A stretch of DNA of 64,000 bases from Eledone cirrhosa (Eukaryota): NCBI GenBank assembly GCA_964016885.1, contig CAXHJY010000861.1, positions 62,001 to 126,000 on the forward strand. Reading direction: 5' to 3'. Made by a program: the position numbers and the translations under genes. Positions 51,171 through 64,000 of this stretch are shown in pieces. The stretch's first letter is position 1. Each line of letters begins with the position of its first letter. The notes below the pieces were generated by a model. The model ran no database searches. It was not told the origin of the DNA and worked only from the letters and a program-made list of their open reading frames with translations.

Positions 51171-52668
51171 GAGAATTAAAACAATGGTCTGAGAAGGTCA
51201 ACAGTTATGAGAAGTGACCATCAATAACTAGAGATGGTCAACAGTCACTAATGAAGGAATAAATTAGTTTCCTAATAAAACCAAAGTGAAACTCAATTGC
51301 GATGATTTTATTGGTAAAATATAAGAATATGTTTCAATAGTTCGAGACTTGAGAGGAATGTTGAGTTTAATACAAAAATGGAGTCTGCTAAACAGAGATG
51401 GTACAACACATCCTCCCATCTGACTGCATCACACCCAATCTCTTTTCCTCCTTAAAACTTACTTCAAAGCCACCACCATGACACCCAAGTACAATGAGCA
51501 CCTTAATGCTACTATATATATATACACACACACACACATAGTCATGTAGGTGTCCACACTGTAAATATGGTTGGCATTAGGAAGGGCATCCAGCCATAGA
51601 CAGTTCTGTATGAGCAAGACATGGTCACCTGACCTGACTTGCCTCAAATGCGACAACCCATCTAACCCATCCTAGCATGGGATGATATATATATATTGTT
51701 TCTACTTTTGGCACAAGGCCAGCAATTATCCCAGTGTATTACTGGTACTTTATCGACCCTGTAAGGTTGAAAGGCAAAGTTAACCTCAACGTGATATGAA
51801 CTCAGAACGTAAAGGGCCGTATATAGATAATTGTTTCTACTTTAGGCACAAGGCCAGCAATTACCCAGTGCATTACTGGTACTCTATTTTATCGATCCCG
51901 TAAGGATGAAAGGCAAAGTTAACCTCGGCGGGATTTGAACTCAGACCGTAAAGGGACGTAACTATGCTGGAAAGCATGGCGTCCGACCCTCTACACCAAT
52001 CCACCGAATGCATGGTAATCATATTTTGATGTCAGATAACAGACATTGTCTATTACAATTAAATGCCACCAAACACAAATGTTGTCAGCACACATTTGAG
52101 ACATAATAGATTAATTACTGTACAACACTAATGTGACTGTATAGATTACTTTACAACACTAGTGTGACCATGTATACATCAATCAGCATTGGGTGTATAT
52201 ATCAATTAATGTTTATAAAGGACTTCAAAACATACACACATACTATATATATGTTCACACATACATGTTATAATGTTCTATTCCAAGCTAAGATTCTGTG
52301 TTTCTAGGAAAGCTGGAATTGCAACAGATTTGAGACTAAATTTTCAATATAATTTATTACAGCTGCTAAGATAAACCCAGCAGTTCAGTATGGTTTTTCC
52401 ATTTGCACAGCTAAACCAATATATATATATTGTGCAGAGATGCTATAAAATAGGGTGAAACAAGCAACTTCTTTTTCTGTCTTGAAGGATCTTCCTATTT
52501 CCACACAGTAACACACCACTATATATATATATGTATTAACTTTATCCCCTCACCACTCCATAATAGTCCAACAGATCGCTTACATATACACAATGTTTGT
52601 ATGTGTATATATGTAAAAGGTAAACAGCAATAACAACACAATAGCAGGAAAATAGTCTTAACGAGTCA

Positions 52669-52714
<46 letters not shown>

Positions 52715-52896
52715 ACTAATGAAATCAAAACATATCAAATATGTTTAGAATGCTTATTGAGAAACACAAAACAAGTTCAATAGACTTAATAACCAAATGA
52801 AAGAGATATATGTATATATATATGTCGAGAGAAAGAATCATGTATGGTATAAGAAACACGGTATATTGTATATATACCAAATACATATTCTATAGA

Positions 52897-53370
52897 AGGA
52901 TGACAGCTGCATAAAAAGGTGCAGAGCACTAGAAGTCGATGGAAGCCGTGGAGTAAGAAGACCTGGGATGAGGTGATAAAAGCTGACCTTACCCAATTAC
53001 ACCTCTCAAAGGCGATGACACACGACCGTGACTTCTCGCGTCACCCAGTAACACAGAAGACCCAACTTCCAACAGGAACAAGCTGAAGCATATAGACAAT
53101 ATGCCCCCACACCCTTCCACTGCAAAGTGGTCATGGAGGTGCCACGGCAAAAAAGCACCCAGCACTCACTGTAAAGTGGACGCAGAGGTGCCACGGAAAA
53201 AAAAGCACCCATCACTCACTGTAAATGAGGTTGGTGTTAGGAAGGACATCCAGCTGTAGAAATCAGTTCCTGTATGAGCAAGACAAGGTCAGCCGACCGG
53301 ACACTGCCCACAACAGGACAATCTGTCTAACCCATGCTAGCGTGGAAGAATGGACGTAAAACTGATGATA
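52897..53370 (+). mobile_element. RTE 3' fragment
   Basis: Matches 40827-41296. Confidence 0.88.
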
Positions 53371-53716
53371 GAAGAATACATTATATACAGTGTTTCTTAT
53401 AGGATATATGGTTCTCTACATATAGTTCTGAGGATACATGAGCTTTTGTTTGTGTGATTGTATGAGGCTGCAGAACTCCCATTGATCAATCTGCAAATCA
53501 ATAATTTTGCTCTCTGAAACGATCATAAATCAATCAATGTATTAACTACTTCACCTTTCACTGTTTATATTTTATATTTATGTGTGTATATAAAGTAGTT
53601 ATAAGCTGGGGTATATATGTTGGATTCACTGAAAAGCTATACATTGCATGCCAAATCATATATAAACACACACATGTATATATAAACATACAGACACACA
53701 CTCACATATATTAATT

Positions 53717-53958
53717 CTAAACTTTAGAAGTATCCATGACAATTTCTTCTTTCTTCAGATGAGTCAGCAAATCTGTAACTAGGCTGGAAGCTGTCACCTT
53801 TTGACACTCTAAATAATTGATACTGTTCTTTTCTGAATCATCTAAGAAGTATCTATAGTTGACCATTATACTGCATGACTGACCAAGGCCCCTTGGTGAA
53901 ATATCAGCCAACCAGTTGATACGCCATAACACAGCACCGTTGCCTAAATGGAAATTTG
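53717..53958 (-). CDS. MLYCD: Malonyl-CoA decarboxylase, last exon
   Basis: ANFHLGNGAVLWRINWLADISPRGL..SCSIMVNYRY (catalytic His region of MCD); pyrimidine tract plus caacag acceptor; ends SKV*. Confidence 0.93.
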
Positions 53959-56900
53959 CTGTTGACAAAAAGAAAAGAAAAAATTTTATTGAAAATATAA
54001 TTAGTAATAAAAGTTTCAATTTTACTGGAAGTGCACAAATATTGAAGGGACAGATTTTGATAAATTATATTGACTCCTGTACTTGATCAGTACCAGTAAT
54101 AGACTGCGGTTGATCTAATTGACTTTCCCCTCCCCCAAAATTATTGGCCTTGTATGTAAATCAGAAACCATTATTAGTACATTAAAAGTTTAAGCAAACA
54201 AATTCTGCTTTGACCCTTAACTTTTAATCTGTGCTAATAATAAATATTTGCTCTACAGGTTTATATATATAATCATTGTCTAACCCATGCTAGCATGGAA
54301 AATGGACGTTAAACGAAGATGATGATGATTATCAAGTCCTCTGGATTTTAGTCTTTGTATTTATTATTACTACTATATATATATATATCAAGATTAAACT
54401 AGAGTACTCAATACTTGAGGTAGTAGAGTCTGACATATATTCAATGTGCTCTGCCTTTTGTAGACGCTATGATCGAACCTATATATTATACCTGATAGTA
54501 TACAGTTCTCTGCTATAGATCAGGCAATATATCAATATGATCAACCCTCCGATCGTAAAACAATGAAATCAATAGGTAAAATAACTTGCCTTCCTTATTA
54601 TCATTGTTAAACTAATATCTAATCCTCATCATCGATTAACGACTCGCAGTAGCATCGGTTAGACGGGTGTGTCCCAATTACAGGCAAGTTGGGTCAGGTG
54701 ACCATGTCTCGCTTGTATAGGAAAGTTTCTGGCTGGTTTTCTGCCCTTCCTAACGCCAACCACATTGACAGTGTGCTGAGTACTTTTTGTGTCTCTACAA
54801 GATGGTGTAGAACAACAAAGGAGAGACAGTAAAAACCCAGCCACAGAATGTGTGACAAAAGAGCTTTCACTATATACAAACAACCTTCCAGTTATCCAAC
54901 CAACCAACAGGTGCGTGTGTTTTTGGCAACATGACCTTCCCAAAGTATAACAATATCTGTTTCAACACATGTTTTCAGATAAGAAATTTCGCAAAACAAA
55001 TTATATATATATATAATATGAAGAAAGTAGCCTCAGAAATTAAAGATACATATGGCAGGGTAATCATAATAATTTCTACTTTAGACAAGGCTGCAAGGAC
55101 CAACTTAAACCCCAGTTCTTGACTGCTAATTAATTTTATCGACCCCAGAAGGATGAAAGATAAAGTTGACCTCGTCAGGATTGAACTCAGAATGTAAAGA
55201 ACCAGAACAAATACCACAATGGCATTTTATTGGATACTCTACCGATTCTGCCACAAATGCTTTGTATATACTTTTCAAGGGAGATAATTAAATGACAATA
55301 TTTATACTTCGCTTACCTCCCTTGTTCTGATTAAATTTTGTTATTCAAGATCGGAAAACAACCAGAAATTTCATACACAATATTAAATAAATACTAAACT
55401 CAAAAAGCATATTATTTTACACAATATAACAAGCTCACCAGAGCCGGTGTCATGATAAAATAAATGCACCCAGTACACTCTATAAAATGTCTTGAGTTAG
55501 CAAAGACATCCAGTCGTAGAAACCATGCCAAAAAATAGGATCTACTTAACTGTGGTACAGGACCAGATTTATTTGTAATTGCAGTGGAGGGCCCCACCAA
55601 CGACAGCCGTAACAATTTATTTTTAGTTTTAGGATGGTTAGAATTTTTGAATTTAATACCTGTATGTAAAATTAGCAAAATGTCTACTCCCAGTTGACAG
55701 CACGTTTTTTCGTATCCCGTAAATGTAACCAGATTTGGATTTGTTACCATTATAGTGACATAATATATAATTTGTTTAGAAAACCCTAATTTGATTTCTA
55801 TTCCTATTACTGTGATAACATGAATTGATTTTATTCCTGGAAAACGAAATACCAATAGATGTTTATATAAATCGTTGATAAACATTCGGTAAAGTTTCGT
55901 TGTTTTTTTTTTTAGTTTCTTGATAAAATAATTTTTTTTAATTCATCGGATTTATTTATGGTAATAGAAAGTATTTCAGAAGACACCAGTGGTCAAAGCT
56001 GTTTTACAGTGTTTCATTTTGTTGCTTATATTTTCTTTTACGATCGGTCACCTTGAAGGTTAAAACTAAAATTGGACATATCTCTTATTTAGACGAGTTA
56101 AACTTGTACCTACTCAATAAAATAAATATCCTGAAGCAACCGAAAGTTATATATCCTTCTAAAGATTGCTGCTAACATAAAATAAATATATAAAGTCTAT
56201 TTTAAAAAAGATTATGTTAGTCTAAATACACTGCATTTCCTTGTGTTTACTTACGATTCTGTTGTTTAACCCCAGGCCAGCTCTTATCGAACAAACCTAT
56301 GATCAAAAGCTTTCTAGTGGTGACCACCCCATCTTTCTTTTTTAATTCAAGCATCGTATGTTGTTTTCCCTATTTTAAGACTACAGTGTGTGATTTGAGG
56401 GATATTTCTTGTAGGTTAAAAAACCACGTGTATGTCACATCGACATTCTATTAGTTTTATAATAAAGATTGTCTTTATTGGTCTATGATTGGAATAAGAA
56501 GTTCAATTGTCCCCGACAAGGAAGGTCGCTTGACCACGTCTTGACCGAACAAAATATAATATTTTCACCAAAAACTGCCCTTTAAACACATGTCAGATGG
56601 ATTACAATATTCATTATCACAATTACTTTCACTGTTCCCTGACAACTAGTACCAGTTTCAAGATAGAATTATTTTAACGAAGTATATATAATTTGACTTG
56701 ATTTTCGCCAACAAACCACGTGTGGGCATGGACGGGGAAAAAAGGGAAAAAACAAAACAAATCACTACATCCCTTAAGGATCGCAGTAAGTACTCCACAA
56801 AACATATAAACAACAATATACACACAGACTTATATACAGATATATACCATATGCATATACACACACGTGAAAAGAAACCACACTATTTCGTGTGAGACAC

Positions 56901-57295
56901 TATACCGGCCAATGTTACCAATTTACATTGGTAAAATATTTCTTAACATTGACCTCGCTTCTAACCCACATACACCTTTTAATTATATATATATATACTA
57001 GCAGCTGAAAGTTAATAATTTGAAAAAAAAATATTATTGAAAGTTTACTATAAAGAAGCAGTATCAGGGGAAAAAAACCTTATTTCGCTGTTAATAAACA
57101 GCTGCCTTCTACAGTACGTTTCATTTAACTTACGCAGCATATTTATTTGTTTACATGTAATGTAATTCAGACTCTTCTGTACACACACAACATTTAGGAA
57201 AACGGAAACAAAATACACAAACAAACAGACATTTTATTTCTATCGTAATCGAGTGCGCTAAACCTATATTGTTTACATTCTGTGTTTTTCTACGG

Positions 57296-58686
57296 ATGGG
57301 TAGAAATAACAAAATTGCCATGGTGATATCCATCGATGAAATATGCGACAAAACCGGTCGATGTCCCAAGATAGAACATTGCCCAGAAAATCACATCTGC
57401 CATATCTGTGCGGAACCTGAAAACTCGTTCCGTAATCGCTGGGTCGAATGTGGAACCTGTCGCATCTCTGTCTGCCTTCAATGCGCCACAGGCTTCCGGA
57501 GGATCCCAGGCCAAAAAAAGAGACATCATAATGCTATGATGGATGGAATATGGGAGATGGTCCAGCTAAAATCCTGGTCCTTTCAGTGTCTGGCCTGTGT
57601 GCCTGCCTCCACTAATGTTATTAATGTTATTGAAAAACAACAACAACAACAAAAACCAATGACTGTGTCTTCCTCTACCATTGTTACTGAACAACGGCAA
57701 AAACCTATGACACTGGCTTCTACTGCTATTCCTGTGGGAGAACATCAGAAACAACAACAACCCATGTCTTCCACTCCCAGTACATCTCGACACCAACAAC
57801 TGGTGACTGTGTCTTCCCCGAGGAACATCATCATCACCAACAACAACAACAGCAACAACCTGCGACTGTGTCCTCCCCTGCCATTCCCGTGGAGGAAAAT
57901 CACCAACAACAGCAACAACCTGCGACTGTGTCCTCCCCTGCCATTCCCGTGGAGGAAAATCACCAACAACAGCAACAACCTGCGACTGTGTCCTCCCCTG
58001 CCATTCCCGTGGAGGAACATCATCATCACCAACAACGACAGCAGCAGCAACAACAACAACGACAACCGACCAGTACAGATTTTGCGGAACTGCAACTAAT
58101 GATTTCTGCTCTGAGAAGGGAAGTTGCAGGAATAGAGGCAAGCATTCGGGTAGGACCCCACAATGAGGGGTCTTATCGGAATGCCTTGCTAAAGAATCTC
58201 CCTGTACCTCTTGCTGGAAAGACTGAAAAGACTGCGGAATCTGCTACCCATGAAGTGATTGCCATTGGGGTACCAGAGGACAAGGCTGATCTTCAGGCAT
58301 TTGCTGCCAGCTCAGCCAAAGACCTAGGCTGTGTTCCCCCAAAGGGTGGTCGACCTGGTCCAAAACCCAGACTCATCAGGCTGTCTTTCTCGGACCCCGC
58401 AGAGGCAACCTCATATCATCTGGCCTCTGCTAAAGCTGGGCGTGAAAATCGGATTACCTTCCGAACACGCCCAGGCCTACCACCCCATGTATGTCCAAAA
58501 CTACGTGCTGCAGCTTCCTTGAATCGGAACTCAGCACAAGATGAAAGTTTCAGTCTGCGTGATGATGGGCAGATCTGGAGGTTTGTCAAGGCTGGTGAAA
58601 CGTGGAAGAGAGATACCAGCTGGTCTGAGTGTGATCTACCCGCAATAACTGGCAATGTAAAAACTGCTACAACTCTGGGAAACTAA
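57296..58686 (+). pseudogene. CR1 ORF1 (PHD-like finger, Q-rich 60-bp repeats, coiled coil); frameshift near 57820
   Basis: CHIC..WVECGTC...C..C..FQCLAC; ORFs 57269-58099 and 57868-58686 join through the TVSSPAIPVEE repeats. Confidence 0.75.
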
Positions 58687-58742
58687 ACCAGAACAACCTG
58701 CCACCCTCTACACACCATCATAAACTGCGAGCAGGGTACAAA

Positions 58743-61507
58743 TTGTTGTCCTTAAATGCTCGCAGTTTATGCAACAAGATACATCTGTTCGAATCCTACG
58801 TCAGAAGCATCGACCCTGACTTCATCACAGTCACGGAAACATGGGCACATTCCTTACTCTGTGATGGGGTTTTCACCATTACTGGGTACAACCTTTTCCG
58901 CAAGGACCGCATTAACCGCCGTGGTGGTGGTGTGATGGTCTACGTTCGTTCAAACTTTTCGGTAATTCCTTGCGTTGATTTGAACGAATCACAGGAAGAA
59001 GTTTTTTTCTGTGACATACGTATGACCATGTCAACACTTCTGCTTGGTGTTGTTTATCGCCCCCAAACTACCATCAGGACACACAGCTTTGCGATATCCT
59101 CAGAGTTGCTACCAAGAAAACAGCCACTTATGTGTTTATTGCAGGTGACTTCAATCATCCTGAGATCGATTGGGAAACCTTTCGTTGGCCACAGGGTGCA
59201 AACGATTTCCTTGAACTAGTGCTGGACTCAAACTGGTCACAAGTAGTCACCTCTCCAACAAGAGGTGACAACACTTTGGACCTGATCTTCACCACTACTC
59301 CTGAAGTGGTTATCAGTTGTACTACTGAGGAACCTCTAGGCGACTCTGATCATGCTATGATCATTGCCAATCTGGCACTTGAGGGCAGCAACAAAAACCA
59401 GGGCCATCTCCAATCTGCTTGCTTTGATTGGAAGAGGGCAGATTGGAACTTGTACTGCACTGAGCTACAGCGCCCAAACTGGCATGAGATGTATAACTCT
59501 GGAGATGTGAACTCTATACTCCAGAGCATCCTGGACTCAATATGGATAGCGTGTGCAGCATCAGTGCCACGGAAGCGGAAAAATAACCACCCCAAAAGTG
59601 CAATCTGGGAAACTTCAGCGGTCCGACTTGCCAGGAAAGAACGTCGGAACGCTGAACGGGAATATAAACTGCATAGATCAGATGCCAACAGAAAAAAGCG
59701 GAATAAATCTTCTAACCATCTCAAGCAAGTGACAAAGAAGGCAGTGCTTGAATTTGAACAGTGCATCGCAACCAATCCTGACAGTAAGGTGTTCTGGAAA
59801 TATGTTCATTCAAAGCAGAGACCTCACTCTCCAGTTGGTCCTCTTCGCAATCCCCACACAAGCCAGATCACTGACGATCCCAAGGAATGCGCAGAACTCA
59901 TTGCTGAGTGCTATGCAAGTATTTTTACTGTTGAAGACCAGAATGTACCATCTCCACCATCTCTAACATCAAATTCCATAACAACTATGGAATTTACACC
60001 TGCAATGTTGCGACGTCACCTTAAGAATAAGCGCAACTATGCCTCCCCTGGTCTTGACGGTGTGACATACCTGCTTCTCAAACGTGGCGGGGATTTCCTT
60101 TTGCGCCAGCTTTCTTTTTTCTTTCAATACTGTCTCAGCAATGGTGCTACTCCGGAGCAGTGGAAAACTGCCAGTGTCATTCCCCTGTTCAAAAAGGGCA
60201 ACCGCATGTCACCTGTCAACTATCGTCCAGTCAGTCTTACTAGCTGTATGGCCAAACTGATGAAATCCTGTGTCAGAGAAACACTTTGGAACTTCTGGAG
60301 CTCTCACAGCCTCATCCGGCCCTCACAGTTTGGATTTATCCTTAACTCCAGCTGCTGTGATCAGCTTATCGAGTTTCTTGAGGACATCACCCGGATCACT
60401 GACAGCGGCTCATGGGTGGATGTTGTTTACCTTGACTTTGCTAAGGCTTTTAATTCTGTGCCACACAAAAGACTTATGGCAAAACTCTCTGCAATGGGTG
60501 TGAGGGATGATCTTTTCGACTGGCTGAAATCCTTCATTCTCAGCCGAAAGGAAGTAGTCACGGTTCTAGGACAGCATTCTTCACCATATGAGATGTCATC
60601 TGGTGTACCACAGGGATCTGTTCTTGGTCCTCTTTTGTTTGTGGCATATATTAATGACATAGATGCCAACTTACAGAATGCCACGGTACTAAAATATGCA
60701 GATGACATTAAGCTGTACCTTGAAATCAAAAGGACTGATCCTGAAATTTACAACTCTTTCCTACAATCAGACCTGGACACAATGCAGCAATGGATCACAG
60801 ACTGGCAACTGAAGCTGGCTGTGGACAAGTGTACCACCATGCATTTTGGAAGGAAAAATCCAGCGTCCACATACTCCCTCCACAACACTGACATCAAAAA
60901 GTCCTCTTGTGAACGTGACCTGGGCATTACTGTCAGCAATGATTTGCGTTGGACAAAGCATGTCTCTAAGATTGTCAAGAAGGCCGAGGGTGTCTTGGCA
61001 TCACTCAGCAAGACCTTTGTTAGCCGCTCTCCAGCCATCTATTTAAAACTGTATACAGCTATGGTGCGACCACACTTGGAATTCGCATCATCAGTCTGGA
61101 ACCCCTATCTTGCTCGGAACATTGACCTCCTGGAAACTGTTCAGAGACGTGCAACCAAGCGCATACCCTCCATCAGACACCTACCATACTCTGAACGCCT
61201 TGCTTCCCTGGGCATGGATTCATTGAAGCTCCGACGTCTGGCAATGGACTTGGTGAATACCCACAAAGTTTTTAACCATCTCGCCAACTGCAACCCTGAG
61301 CACCTCTTTGATCTCCATGTGTCTAACACACGTGGACATGCCTACAAGATAAGAAAACAGCACAGCTCCCATGACTTTCGCAGACATTTTTTCACGCTCA
61401 GAGTTGCTGAAGCATGGAACAAACTGCCTGCGTCAATTGTTACCTGCCGAGACACTGCATCCTTTAAGACACTCATGCTTCCCAAAATACGCCAAAACTA
61501 CACCTGA
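58743..61507 (+). pseudogene. CR1 ORF2 (APE endonuclease + RT); single frameshift in a C-run near 59062
   Basis: LNARSL, VTETW, VYRP, AGDFN, TLDLIF, SDH, YLDFAKAF, GVPQGSVLGPLLF and KYADD. Confidence 0.93.
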
Positions 61508-62144
61508 TGTACCCTTTCCATACACATGCACACATGTGTGTATCATGACTCGTGCACTATTCATTTTACTGATGTTTGTGCATTGCCCTATGTACTGTAC
61601 ATGCACTTTTTTGATGAGTTGTGGTGCACCTGGGCACTGTGCACAATATTTCGTTATTGTTATTATATCATGACTCATACACTGTTTATTTTCCTGACAT
61701 TTGTACATTATTCTATGTACTATACATGCACCTTTGATGAGTTGTAGTGCACCTGAGCACTGTACACAATAATTTCATTATTATTATTATTATTATTATT
61801 ATATAACTTTTCAATTCCAATTACTTGTACCAAGCTAACTTTGATATGTAAAATTGGGTGATATTCTAATTTTTTGTGTATGAGGCTGCCCGTCAAATCT
61901 GAAGTGACCAAGGTAAAAATCCAACCTTTTTGACATATAAGACAGTAACTCCAGTTAAGAACTGACTTGCCTTGTCGCCACCAATCTAACCCAGTGCTGT
62001 TGAGGGCGCTAATTATAATATAAGTATATACTGTATTTGATAGTTTATAAGACGTACATGCTTTTCGAAAAAATGTCCCTGCATCTTATAAGGTCAATAG
62101 TTGGTTAGGTTCTTGTGAAGTTGTAGTGTTGCAATGGTCCTTAA

Positions 62145-62352
62145 CCCTTTAGCATTTAAACCAGCCATATCTAGCCAGAATTCTTTCACCCCTTTCTGTT
62201 CAAACTGACCATAACTGGCCACTCATACATAAGTTAAAGTATTGTTCTCAAAATAAATAATATCAAAATCTCATAGAATCGATATTATGTGAGGTAAAGC
62301 CTTTCCTATGAAAATACAATAGTAAATATAGAGTAATGTAAATGCTAAAGGG
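62145..62352. mobile_element. piggyBac-type MITE
   Basis: TTAA|CCCTTTAGCATTTA...TAAATGCTAAAGGG|TTAA. Confidence 0.85.
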
Positions 62353-62651
62353 TTAAGTTAAACTGCAAACATCTCTGTAAATGTGGTGATTGCTTCTACA
62401 CCAACAAAAGCTACAATTTTAATAAATTTTATGATGAATAAAATTAGTAAATTTTTAAAACAAAAGAAAGTGAAAATAAATTAAGTATTTCAACAAAAAA
62501 TACGATGTATACAACACATTTCTGGCAGGTGAGTGTAGTGGAGCAACATGAAATAAAGAGTCTTGATTAAAGACACAACACCAGGAATTGAACTCACGAC
62601 CCAAACACACAAACCACTAAACCATGCTCCTTCACAGACATAATAAACATA

Positions 62652-62851
62652 CGAGGGCAGGCTGAAAAGTTTATAGACTGATTAAAAATGAGTGATGCTA
62701 GAGCTGTGAGTGAAATCTTGCATGCATTAATTTCAACTCTTCTTCTTAATAACTTGATTGTTTCTTTCCTAGAAGTATGTTGAAAAATAAACCTCATTTG
62801 GTCATTCCATGCGAGTATCTTGGTCAGCCTATGAACCTTTCAACAAACTTG
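62652..62851. mobile_element. Degenerate mariner-type MITE next to an MLYCD splice donor
   Basis: TA|CGAGGGCAGGCTGAAAAGTTTATAGACTGA at the left end and imperfect inverse tcagcctatgaacctttcaac at the right. Confidence 0.55.
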
Positions 62852-62866
62852 AGAGAAGTCACTCAC

Positions 62867-63100
62867 CAACAGGATTCAGAGCGTATCCTCTCCGTTTCTC
62901 AACATAGAGATAATGTGCACATAATTTCATCAATGGCTTCTTCAACAACACAGCCAGTTGTTCCTCCTGGTACCAGGAATTGGTTTGAAGTCTCTTCTTA
63001 AATTTTTCAAGGCCAGCCATAGAATTAAGATCAAAATAAGCTCCGAGATTATAAACATCTTCGGGAGAAAATAAAGACATGTCTGTCTGTTCTCCAAGTT
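62867..63100 (-). CDS. MLYCD: Malonyl-CoA decarboxylase, penultimate exon
   Basis: [26 protein letters not shown]; ttccag acceptor and gtgagt donor; phases consistent. Confidence 0.92.
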
Positions 63101-63314
63101 CTGGAAAGATATAATATGAAACATTGACAATCAGAATCATCACCAATACCATCATCACCACCATCACCACTACTACCATCATCACCACTACCATCATCAC
63201 CACCACCATCACTACCACCTCCACCATCATCATCACTATCACCACCATCACTACCACCTCCACCACCACCCAGACTCCCAGCCCTTCCCTGATTATATAA
63301 TAAATCTTTCTTAC

Positions 63315-63473
63315 GTATCAGTTGAATCTTCTTGGTAATTTCTTTAAGTAGCCAATCTTTAAAGCCAGGAATTGGTGACAGACTTGTGAAGACGGCCATG
63401 TGAGGGAATTCTGCTTGTAATTCTCTCACGACTCTCTTGATTAAGTAGTTGCCAAGGTCAACACTTTGCAGGC
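63315..63473 (-). CDS. MLYCD: Malonyl-CoA decarboxylase, internal exon
   Basis: [24 protein letters not shown]...[14 protein letters not shown] (MCD signature); ccag acceptor and gtaag donor. Confidence 0.93.
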
Positions 63474-63477
63474 CTGG

Positions 63478-63870
63478 AACAACAACAACAATGGGTTCTG
63501 CTTTAGGCGCAAGGACAGCAAATTTTTTTTTGGGGGGGGTGACCACAGTGTATGACTGGTACTTTATTTTATCAACCCCATAAGAATGAAAGGCAAAGCT
63601 AACTTCGGTGGGATTTGAACCCAGAACGTAAAGGGCCATAACTCAATAACACAATCATCCGCCATTGAATAATAATAATAATTGTTTCTACTTTAGGCAC
63701 AAGGCCAGCAATTACCCAGTACATTACTGGTACTTTATTTTATCGACTCCGTAAGGATGAAAGGCAAAGTTAACCTCAGCGGGATTTGAACTCAGATCGT
63801 AAAGGGACGTAACTATGCTGGAAAGCATGGCGTCCGACCCTCTACCGGTACTGCCAATTCACCGCCCTTG
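63478..63870 (-). mobile_element. Two tandem SINE copies upstream of the MLYCD exon
   Basis: Same family as 12160-12875 (gttcaaatccc, ctttgcctttcat, aaaataaagtaccag). Confidence 0.75.
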
Positions 63871-64000
63871 AATAATAATAATAATAATAATTTTCTTTAT
63901 TGGTCACATGGGCTGACATGTAGGGGGCAATGGGGGGGGGGGGGGGGTTACAATAAGCTCGAGTAAAAATTCACAATGGCTAAACCAATTTAACAATGAA

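Larger units (their letters stand above)
57000..61800 (+). mobile_element. Near-intact CR1-clade LINE in the last MLYCD intron (antisense)
   Basis: ORF1 with PHD finger, ORF2 EN-RT ending TRGH..RRHFFTLRVAEAWNKLP, (ATT)n tail. The 5' boundary is approximate. Confidence 0.92.

Noticed and set aside
55585-56990. Possible further DNA transposon or extended CR1 5' region
   Set aside because: I could not identify termini, a TSD or coding motifs.
63049-63639. Single 196-aa ORF
   Set aside because: It is a chimera of SINE sequence, one true MLYCD exon (63315-63473) and an intronic microsatellite.

Overview
This is repeat-rich eukaryotic DNA, most likely from an octopus or related coleoid cephalopod (inferred from the repeat families). 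It is not prokaryotic and contains no CRISPR array. Two spliced host genes converge. On + are six 3' exons of a probable SKA3 kinetochore gene (12070-47245), including a candidate U12-type minor intron at 12140-15213. On - are the last three exons of malonyl-CoA decarboxylase MLYCD (63473-53717), ending in a PTS1-like SKV. The introns hold about 10 RTE-clade LINE copies (one near-intact, with a PHD-type finger inside the RT region), a near-intact CR1 LINE, a decayed full-length Gypsy element, a non-autonomous LTR element and two solo LTRs. All four LTR insertions have 4-bp TSDs and TG...AA/TA ends. There is also an internally deleted Helitron, tRNA-derived SINEs, short bipartite RTE derivatives and several MITEs. 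Two large satellites (49-bp and 19-bp units) appear to have arisen in place from RTE sequence. All calls come from reading the sequence by eye; no database searches were run.
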